Of a stretch of DNA of 64,000 bases, positions 33,601 to 44,510 are shown in pieces; the first letter of the stretch is position 1, and each line of letters opens with the position of its first letter. Origin of the DNA: Styela clava (Eukaryota); contig NC_135256.1 in NCBI RefSeq assembly GCF_964204865.1, positions 14,694,001-14,758,000 of the forward strand, written 5' to 3'. The position numbers were made by a program, and so were the translations under genes. Below the pieces are notes generated by a model. The model was not told where the DNA came from. It saw nothing but the letters and a program-made list of their open reading frames with translations, and did not search any database.

Positions 33601-36600
33601 GAAAGAAAGTTTGTTTTATTTTTGATTAAAGTATTAGAAATTTATTTGACTGTGCCGCTTGGCTCTTATTGAACATATAAGGAATACAAGTACAGGTACG
33701 GTCTCTTTACGATATTAAGTATACTGGAAAAATGACCCGATTTATTACAATTTGAATAACTCTTGAAAATTGGAATCGTTTGAACAGTCACCCTCAGGCT
33801 ATGAAAGTATAGCTAAACATTTCTAATTCTTGTGAGTGGAATAAGTTAAATACACACATATAATATTCTTATTTAATATTACTAACTTCGTTCACAACTT
33901 GGTGGTGAATTATTCCACTGTCCATTTGCAAGGCACACTGCGGACCCATGCCCTTTCAACATGTAGTTATTTGGACATGAAAATAAGATGTTGCCTCCAA
34001 CTTTCCACGAATGCTGATACTTTGGTGAGTACATGCAATTTGTTGGCAGATTGGGAACGTGGCAAAAAACGGCTGAAACAGTGAGGTAAATACGAATATT
34101 ATAAAATGACAAATATATTTGTTGCTTATGAAACGTTTTTCAGATGCGAACCCAACATGAGCTCGACAATAAGAGTGTAAGTATGAAAACATCTCGATTA
34201 ACGTTAATGGAATTTTATTTTTCTGCACAGTTTTATTAATTTAACCATAAATTAGTAAATCCAGAAATAAAGATAGAGTTAGCTAATTCTTTAACAAAAC
34301 CAAAACTGAAACATTGCCAATTAGCGCAAGGTAGATTGCCAATGCTTGTGTATCAATTCCAAATATATTTTCGGGTATATATTATATCACACACGTATTG
34401 GCATTGCAAGTAATAAAAACATTAAAGTTATAGAAAATAGTTTTATGTCAAATATGTAAAACTTACGTCGTTCGCAAATAGGGGGTGACTGGGTCCATGT
34501 ACCGTCTTTTGCGCAAATTGAGTAGCTGTGACCAACTAATTTGTAACCAGTTGGACAATGAAAATGTATCATTCCTCCTGCATACCATGTTTTTTGATAT
34601 CTTGGCGAGTAACTGCAATACTTGGGCAGTGAAGGTAAGGAGCAAAATATTCCTAAAGAACATAACGACGTTAGATTAGAACAAAGCGCAATGGTCCAAT
34701 ATTCCCAAGCTGCGCTTTTGGTTTTTGACGATAGTAAAACCTATATTGAGAATGTGTAATATTTTATCACAAACTTGGTTTAAAAAATCGTCAAATGAAT
34801 AGCGCATTCTCTACTAGAAATGATTGGTTGTTAAAAACTGTCAAATGGGAAAGTTAAATGTATGTTAATTCAAGAATCATTGCATTATATAAATCAGTGG
34901 ACTTACTTTTTCTGCAGTCAGGAGCTTCCCGATTCCATTTACCTCCTAATAGGCATTTGGCAGATTTTACGCCAATTAGTTCATAGCCAGTCGGACAGTG
35001 AAAAGAAATTGTCTGACCAACACGCCAAGTCTTCTTGTGCACCGGTGAATATGACCAATCATGTTTCACACCGGGAGCGTAACAAACTTGTGCTGAATAT
35101 ACAAACAGATCTTATTAGTAACAAATTAAATATGATCGTACTGCAAGCTTTGCTGAATATTGAAATAAAACGTTATGGACATAATTTTTGCTCACATTGT
35201 TATAGCAAGAATGCCTAAACTGTTCTTGTTATTACATATGATTAAAAAACCATACGAAACCGGCATTAATCGCTTGGTCTAGACGCGTTTGGTTTCAGGT
35301 TATATGTATTATATTAATTTAGTTTGAATAACATTCCAAGTTGTCGCAGCTTAATTAAATTGTTTCGAAAACATTGACAAGTGTAATTTGTATGATAAAT
35401 TTTGTTTAAAATAATAATTATCTGTCTGTTTTTTTGGCCGAAAAGAATGCCAACTGCAGCTAAGAATGACTTTTGCGTACAGCAACATAATATATTTACT
35501 TGTTTGTTAACCGGTAATTTTTCAACAGCTTCCCTTTGCAATTTACTCTGAGGCTCTATGTAAATCACGACAATCATATTTTCTGTACGTTGTATGGTAT
35601 TTTATATGTATCATACCGTGGCATTTCTTGTCTTTCATGTAGTAACCAGAATTGCAAACACATCTATAACTTTGACCATCATTGATGCAGTCAGCGTTGT
35701 ACCCACATGGGTGATTTGCACAGGCGTTGATTGCTAGAATGAACAATTGTTAGTTTCAATATTAGAGCTGAGTAGGAGTATTGTATTGTGGATATGAAGG
35801 CTTTTGAGGGGGATATTATTATAACGTTTTCACTTACAAACGTATATTATACATGTAGCAATACAGTACTACGTCAGTATTTCGATGGAAGAACTAAATT
35901 ACAATGCCCAATTTATCATCTGGTCCAGTATTAATAAAAAAAAAATCCAAGGAACATTTTATGGCTCTCATCATATTATTATGACAATGGTCAAAGCATC
36001 TTCCACGAATAAGTTTATTCTACGGTTTGAGCTGAAGTCAAGTGAAAGTAAATTTATATCCATTATTTATGACACATAGAACATCGGAAATACCGATCGT
36101 AATTCGCTGTCAAAAATATAAATCTACAAATTAATTGTAAATATAAACAGAAAAAGGACCTCCTGAAGTATGCACACCAAGATGGCGCACAACCTAAACT
36201 CAGGTTGTGTACCAGGTTAGGGTTCAGGTTATGCGACATTTTGGTGCTCATACTTCAGGAGTACCCAGAAAAATATATTTGGTTTAAATAAACAGAAAAA
36301 AAAGCTTTTCGTACAAGGACGAACGTGATACTGGAATCTCGCTTACATTCTATTTGTGTTTTTGATTTATTTCTAAATTATGTTTAAACAGATTACATGT
36401 ATTTAGAGATTTTAGACTCGCGAGAAATGTTCAAAACAACTTAAAAGGAGTGGTAGAAAATCCGTGATTACGTTACTGTTTAAAAGATTCGGTTTAATTG
36501 AAAATATCAAAGTGGGACAAGCTTCTGATGGCTGAAAATATCTCAGCAATGAATCCAAAGAGTGGACATTAAAGTTTCGAATGTTGTGGGATCTCAGTGA

Positions 36601-37692
36601 TTTTAATTGGGGTTAGGATCTGAACTCTATGAGAATGTCTATGAGGTTAAACACATACCAAAGTGGCACTAAAATTTCACATTTCTGTATTAAATATATC
36701 ATTAAAACCTTTAAAGTACAACAATGATATCAAAATAATAAATATCACGGCAAAATAGTTTGTTGTGTATAGTTTAGTGTGAGTAGATACAAAAATTACA
36801 AAAAGTTTTGAATAGAGTTTAGTACATTAAATATTAAGTACAGGTACAATGTAAAAATAACAAAAATTGTTTATCAAAAGTTAACTACTACTGTTTTTAA
36901 TGAAAGAATATAGATAGATTTCTTACCGTGGCATACCGGAAGATTAGGTGGCATCCAATGACCACCGTAAACGCATTTTGCTTGTCTTGGCCCCCTTAGT
37001 TCAAATTCTGGCCTGCAAGAGAATTTCAATATTGTACCGATTGGGCATATTTCTTCTGGCATGTTGGCCGCGTAAAGTTCGTCTGGTAGGGTTGGAGACC
37101 GGCATCCTTGCTTCTTAGATACATAGTTGTCATAGTACGCTGAAACAAAACATTTTGTTATTGAAAAATGCGACAAATACGCTCTACAAGGGTATTTTGG
37201 TTTCTTTTTTCAGTAATCCTGACTCTTTGATTCATACTCAATATGAAATATGTTATTGTTTAAACTTTAAAGCATCGACGAAAGTAAAATATTATCATGG
37301 AATCATTAAATACTATACTAAATAAAAAGTGCTTTGGTAATTTGATTCACATAAATTAGGTTTTACCCAGTCAAAAATCTCGGAGTAGTGGGTGAATTTT
37401 TGTAATATGAATAACCAATTGCAAAGTTTATATCCCATATCTATATATATATCTCGATATATCTAATATTTTCACTGGCTAAATGGGGTGCTTTACCTCA
37501 TTGACAATTCATATAAATGAATAACATCAAATTAATCGAAAACTCAACTGAAATTATAATTAAGGTCGAATAAATATTTTTATTCTTACGAATTCATCCT
37601 AATTTGAAAATTTAATGCGAGAAATTCAACTCACCTGCAGTTAATCCGAATATACACAGCAGTGTGGAAATTAAAAGAGACACATTTCCCAT
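30626..37692 (-). CDS. Secreted protein: signal peptide + CCP + EGF + 10 CCP + basic tail (about 764 aa)
   Basis: Minus-strand exons, all phase 1: 37692-37635 (MGNVSLLISTLLCIFGLTA, signal peptide), 37139-36927 (CCP), 35733-35617 (EGF: CANHPCGYNADCINDGQSYRCVCNSGYYMKDKKC), CCPs 35092-34907, 34652-34467, 34072-33887, 33358-33170, 32904-32719, 32600-32415, 32079-31894, 31789-31607, 31497-31315, 30931-30743, and last coding exon 30672-30626 (RYNYQLLRMRKRYGK*). Total 2295 nt, in frame. All CCPs have the canonical W-x4/5-P-x-C. Confidence 0.9.
36156..36265. mobile_element. Palindromic MITE (~110 bp), Merlin-like termini
   Basis: Long TIR ctcctgaagtatg.gcaccaa.atg, GG...CC ends, 8-bp TSD cagaaaaa. 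Same family as 4095-4205 in the opposite orientation. Confidence 0.75.
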
Positions 37693-38030
37693 CTTGCACG
37701 GTTTTTCAGTTGTTGCCAAAGCCAGCCACACACTCAAAGCAAATTTGAAACAATGACAATATGACTACCTGATTGATATAGTTATACACAAAACCAGCTT
37801 AATTATCCGATTTTTTTTCTCTCGAAGTTGAAGGAAATTTTATATATTTTTTTATTGAGACTTTTTCTCTTTTCCACTGATATCACGATACTAATTTTTT
37901 TGTTCATCAAATTGGTATGTGATAAATCTAATGGTTAGGAGTTAATGTTTAAAGCTCATTGTCATATGTAAAACAATGATGTGATGATATCTGGTTAGGT
38001 ATACGCATAGTTGAATCATGTCAGAAATAG

Positions 38031-38271
38031 GGTACTCACGTAGTATGTGAACCAAGATAGGGGACACCGGAACGTAGTATGTGTACCAGGTAGGGTTAGG
38101 CCATGGCCATAATTTTATTCTAATTTTTCTTATTTTAGTTCTTTTACGAGTATGGGGACTAGCCAAGTGACTCCCGTAGTATCTATACCTGAAATTATGG
38201 CCTAACTTCAACCTGGCACACACACTGCATGGCGATGTCCGTCATCTTGGTTCACATACTACGGGAGTACC
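38031..38271. mobile_element. Related Merlin-like MITE (241 bp) upstream of gene 2
   Basis: TIR ggtactcacgtagtatgtgaaccaagat / atcttggttcacatactacgggagtacc. Imperfect TSD agaaatag / gaaaatag. gtagggttagg core. Confidence 0.75.
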
Positions 38272-41200
38272 GAAAATAGTCCTCAGCACACGTTCGTCAA
38301 CAGATCATTTAAATTTAAAATAAAATAAAAGAGTAACCTCATGGCAACAGTCAGGATAAATGATTTAAAAAAACAATAGATTTTTGCGAATTGAAATTTT
38401 AGTCAATGATTTTGGAAAATTGGTCATCTCACGCGATTCGAATTATCAAAAATTGACATTAGTTTTAGCGATTTCGTATATCTGGAATTACAAAATGTTT
38501 TGGACATGACGCAATTCTTGAACAATCAAAACTCCATGTCTTTAATATATATGATTTATACATGATTTGGCTCAGTTTTATGTCTGGAATATCATGGAAG
38601 TTTTTTAATCAAGTAAAAATTGAAAGACCATATTAAGTCCGTAATTGCAGGTCATTAATTAACCTAATTGAAGGTTGGACAACGTAGTTTACGTCATATT
38701 GAACGATTGTGGGTGACATATAATTTTCATCATTTGTCACGAAGTTATGGCATAATTGTGGAATAATTTTTTGTCGAAATATCTAATTAACTTCAAGTGC
38801 TGGCCACAGATAAAATCGACTATTTCTATTTTCTCATGCACGACGTAACCTTGTAGTCAGACAGTTTCATGAATAATAATCTTCCCGAACGAAACTATCC
38901 TCTGCATGGCACGGTGTCTAGAATTTTAATTGTCATATATTTTCACGATTGTGGTCAAATATTTATTTATTTTACCAAACATAACTGCTTATTATTTTCT
39001 ATTTTATAAAATTTTTATAAGCAAAGTTGCTTGTTACTTCAGTTGCCAGAAGAAAATCTTCAACCAGCCAACAGTTTAATTCTTCAATTCAAAAAAGCAT
39101 TCAACTCAACTGATCAGAGTCATTTATTATCAAGTTTTAATAATATTGTTTTATCTGACAGAGCTGTTGACGTGCTAACTTTACACAATCTATTAATACA
39201 ATCCCTTGATCCTCTCCGAACAAACCAGAAAGATATTAATTTGAAACGGTTGAGCATACATAGGAGTTGAAGTGTCAATAAATTGCATCAACGTTGACGG
39301 AAACCAAATATTTTATTTCTTTCCAAATCCGTGCGAAGCCTGTATCACGTCACTTACATGGATCAGTTCAATACTTGACTCCTACTCGGGTTAAAACAGT
39401 ATAACCCAAAATGTATGGAAATTTGATTCTATCTTGATATTGTATCTTTAGCCCATCATATTTGATCATAAAATAAACTCACAAACAAAGCGATAAAATG
39501 AAACCAAGCTGATATTGCACTTCATAAATATTTTAAACTCATGAAATTCAGTTTGCCCGTTTTTTTGAAGGTTGCTATAGATTTTTCCGAAGAAATATCG
39601 TTTATCGATAATTATAAGAAGGGAAATGATCACAAATTGACTTACACAATATGTTCTCATACGAAGGATGAAAGTTAATTTCACAAATTGATAATAGGTC
39701 AATAATGGATATAATCATTAATCAATTTGACGTAGATTTTTTGTAATTTTTAGAAAATATTTCCTATAACAATTTTCCGGTAACTCGAGGTGGAAAACGA
39801 GCGATGAAAACGATCAAATAAAACAAATTAGTTATTTCATTATTCAAACCCGACAATATAGACACGTCAAATCTACGGAATAGCAGTGTGTTTAATGATG
39901 GCTTATTTAGCCAGATATGTATCGTACAATTAATTATTTTCCCCCTCAATCTATTGATTCAATGTGTTGTCGGACAAAAAAAAAGAATGACGAAATGAAT
40001 TTATCTAATGTGAGCATATTTGTATTGCCCGAAACTTTGATCAAATGAAATTTTTTACCTCAATCAAAATAGTTTAATGTAATTGATTAAATTCAACCAC
40101 TTCTCAACTTATCTAAATTGAATTCATTTCATGAAGTTATATATATTTATTCATCTTCCAAGGATAATTTGATGACTATGTTTATTGCAGCGTATCCATC
40201 TTGTGCAAAGAACGTCAAACGCTTTCAAAAACAAAATTCACGAAAAAGATTTTCTGACTAAAGGTAGTTTCAGTGAACTCAATATTTCACGTTATTTTTG
40301 CAAACAATGATGTGTTTACCATAATAATATATCCAAATGTAATCCACTTTAAATACATTTTGTCACGAAATTGTTCTGCAAAATTACCTTGTTATCTCCA
40401 ATTACAACATTAATTATGGGTATGTTCGAAAACTTTGTTTGTGTTCATTTTGGAGGCTCATTCAAGTTTTATGCACAAAGTAAGAAAATTAGTTTTGTGC
40501 AATCAAAACTTGTACAATCCAGAAATGCAACGTAAACCTTATTGAGAGGCTGGATTTATGCGAACAGAGTCCATAGGCCAGAAATAGCGATACTTTTTCA
40601 ATGGATGGGTCAAGCATGAAGGGCATACGTATTTGAGCAATACATGCATCTTGTTGCTGCATCTTTTTCTCAAGTTTTGTAATCTTTGAAATGAGCCGGA
40701 CCGAAGCCTGTTATCGAAAAGTTTGGAATTAGAATCTTATACGGATGCGATATTTCAAATTGCACTTACCTGATCAGGCGATTTCGGTTACTCAATTTTA
40801 TGAAATTCAAGTGCGGAAACCCGGATTCGCACACATATGCATTATCGAAAAACGTTTATATTGCTACAGCAAATAATTTCATGATTTCAAAAGATATGGG
40901 ACGGAGTTACACTATGAGAAAATTCAAATTTTTGATCAGTTTCCAACTGCTTTAAAGGCATTCTATGCGAGAAAAATACACTGCAGAATATCATCTTGTT
41001 TGTTGTACCCCTCAAAACAGGCCTGCACAGCTTGAAACAATGTGAGAAGGCTGCAAAAAAATATCGTTCGCGGGCCATAAGCTGTTTTTTTTATCATGTT
41101 TTTGTTTTTAAATAAAACATTATTATATTATATCTATGATTTATTTATTTTGTGTGTAGAGAATGGGATGATATGTATTTACACCAAAAGAAATTAAAAA

Positions 41201-44000
41201 TACAAATTATCAAATTTTTCGAAATTATTGTCCACTATCCATTAGTGATTGTCAAATGACCTATACACCATTTTTTTGTTCTTAAGTTCATATATATATT
41301 TACATTTAACACGGCCGGCCCAAGCTTAAGTATTCAGAATGGGACGCTCCCAAATAAAATTTGAATCAAGGAAGAACAATAATTTGTGAAGTTTGAATAG
41401 CTATTACAAATATCTTTGAAATTACAAAACAAAAATGCATCACAACATTAGACCCATATAGCCTAACACAACCTAAGTTTGAAATAGCTTATATAATATG
41501 CACAAATAAAACTATCATTATAAATATTTGCCTTCAAATTTTGATAACCTAATCCTGCTTTCAAACAGATATATATATTAAAACAAAACAGATATAACAT
41601 GTTCAAACAAAACTATCATTATAAATATTTGCTTCCAAATTTTGATCAGTTAATCCTTTTCTCAAACAGATGCAACAAATTTGATGTTTAGCATGAACAG
41701 GAGTTTTGTTTTGAATATCAACATTTAAGTGATGAAACATTAATAAAAGAACCCAGCCAAGAAAGTGTTGTTAAATAATCCAATTAGAAGAACTGCTACA
41801 ACAATATGTTGCAACACAAACCTGGTTTATATTACACCAAACATATTTAAGATTCACATCGACTTTCTTCATACAATTAACCCGAATCAAATGAATTTTC
41901 GATGGCGTTTCGAGATTGCCACGATGAAAGATTTAAAGATATATAAGGCATGGTTTCTTATAAAATTTAAAAATAAATAGTTTTCAAGCACCAAGTAGCC
42001 TATTTCAAATATCTTGAAGATCATATTGTCTGAAGTTTAACATAAAACAGACATACTGATAGACCATGAATACATGAAGAAGGCGATTTTTCAGTAAACA
42101 ATGCTGCAAAATAATATTTAAAAACGAAAGTGTGGAGGCAGCATCAGTTGCTATTTTGCCGTAGATGCAGATTAGGTTCCTCCGAGTTGCAGAGTTGTAA
42201 GCGGCACTAATTAGAGCTATTAAAAAATATACAGAGGAAAATTTTGCTTGCTAGCGTGTGACAATCTAAATATTCGACAAAACTGGGATTTAGAGTTATG
42301 ATCTTCACTTACCCATTCCCAACATTTCTGACCGTTTAACAACATTCTCCAACCAATTCGTTCTAGACTAAATCTATTTGCGGAAAAGGAGTATATCTTT
42401 TTTGGAAAACATGGCGAAATTTCTAATATTGTTCTTTGTAATTTGTATCTGCCTTTTGCAATCCTCTTTTGGACAAGAAGGAATCTGACTTTGTTCGCAG
42501 GTAAAACGAAATATTCCAAATACTACTACCAGTACTATACCCCTGAACAAATTAATGACGCTACTAATTGCATACAATGATAATCGCTTAAATTCCTCAA
42601 AAATAATTGTAATTGCGAAACCTTCTAACGTTGTTATGTCGATTAGAAATTTTATGAATACAAACTGGAAACTTGTCTACAAAGTGCCATTACGATTGAT
42701 ATATGCAAGTGTTCATAGAACTAAAATAAAATGAATACATCATTGCAACAATTATGCTAAAACGATATGAGGTTATTTAAATATAGAATATATCAATTTA
42801 GGTGTACCAGATGCATCAATATTGTATGAACCGACAAGACTACTCAACTGGAACAAACCAAGTTGCAAAACGAGGACAAATCGGCAAAGCTGGGCCCAGG
42901 GGATCTCCTGGAATAGTGAACTACGGAGTCATTAATTCGACTATTTCAAAACAATTTGAAGGTGACTATTGACAAACTTCTTCTGTCACTTTGTCCGTTT
43001 TGTAACTTCTTAATATGTCAAATTCTAATTTGGATTCTGGATCTATCACTGAGCTTTTTACAAAATCAAATGCATAGCGGTTTATTTTATTTGTTAAAAA
43101 TCGGTAATAGTTGTAATTTCATACTTTAGCCACAAAAATATACATAACTTTTTTCCTGCTGTATCAACCGTCTAACAACACCTAGTGTTAGTTGTTGTTA
43201 CTCACTTATCAAAATTATTTCCGAATATGTCTTTTTGAATCAATGCAAATTTACCACATCTATAACTTCGCAGAGCCCTATTAGTGAGTCACATTTTTGG
43301 AAGAATATCGTGTGATATAACATGAAGCTATCTTTGTTTTATAGTTCTTGAAAATGGGCTAGAAACGAAATTTGCAGAAAATTTTCAAGCTTTGGAGAGG
43401 ACGAACTCAAATCGTGATGATATAGAACATTTACAGAGAGGTTTATTTTAAATAATTTTTGCAATATTTGATGATTTTTATGATCATAATTCGCCTACCA
43501 CGCAAATATTGAATAAGAAGTCAATATCACCATGTTTCAAACAGAATTAATGAACTGCACTCGAAGAATCAGCAATCTAGAAGAGATGTTTACGTGGAAC
43601 AGAGCTAGCAACAATTTTTTCTACAAATTATTTCACGATAAAGTAACTTATGAAACTGCTAGATCGAACTGCAAGAGAATGGGAGCGAATCTTGCATCTG
43701 CGGGAGTCCGCGATTCTACTGTTCGAAGGTAAGAAAGTCTTAAAATTTCAAATATTGGACTCGAAGGAGTTGTATTTGAGAGCGATATGTATCAAACAAT
43801 TACTAAAACATTCCTGTACAATTATAAATGAACGGAAGTGTTGAAAACATTAAACAAATTTTTTGGTCTTCCTCCAATTGCAAATGTTCGAATTATTTTA
43901 TTTTAAAGCGTATTCATGTTTATCCCACTCGACGTCACACTTCCTCGTTATCAGCCTTTTTTTAAATTTATCTATAAAAAGTCAAGGGTGGGATTTACTG

Positions 44001-44510
44001 TGTAGAGAATAGCCTGGTCTAACTGGTACTACCGTGTTTCCCCGAAAAAAAAGGACAGTGTCTTATTCCAATTTTCTTTCGAAAAATAACACTAGGGCTT
44101 ATTTTCGGGGGATGTCTTATAATTTTATCAAAAACAAAATTAGAAAGTACTGAATTAGGAGATTAAAAATAGGAAAACCGATATTTATTTACTAGAATGA
44201 TACGTTTTCCTCTTTCACACGTTTCAGATTAATCATTTAAAATGTATGGAGAGATTTCTTGCTCTCGACCAGGTAAAAAAAATTGCGTTATCGACTAGGT
44301 CTTATTTTAATGGGAGGGCTTATATTAAAATCTTTCTTGAAATTCAGACTAGGTCTTATTTTTAGGATAGGTCTTATTTTCGGGGAAACACGGTACTAGT
44401 CTTCCCTGTCTATTCTTCTACGTTTTTCGAGTGATATCCGGAACATCCTCAGCGCGCCGCGTAAAGCCCGTCCGTCTACGGCGTTTGAGCTCTTTTATTT
44501 TTGTTCTACA
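44001..44510. mobile_element. Small solo-LTR-like element interrupted by the Tc2-like MITE
   Basis: Termini TGTAGA...TCTACA with 4-bp direct repeat ACTG at 43997-44000 and 44511-44514. Only about 146 bp once the MITE is removed. Confidence 0.45.
44032..44393. mobile_element. Tc1/mariner-superfamily (Tc2/pogo-like) MITE
   Basis: TIR ccgtgtttccccgaaaa / ttttcggggaaacacgg flanked by TA on both sides; internal gtcttattt repeats; absent from the copy B intron. Confidence 0.85.

Noticed and set aside
30626-37692. Ortholog of Botryllus fester/fuhc allorecognition genes or a selectin
   Set aside because: No TM segments, no Ig or lectin domain in the gene; only generic sushi/EGF domains are shared.
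42486-42488. In-frame TGA in lectin A read as selenocysteine or readthrough
   Set aside because: The paralog has Gly here, not Cys, and the same copy has a frameshifting CRD deletion and an upstream deletion.
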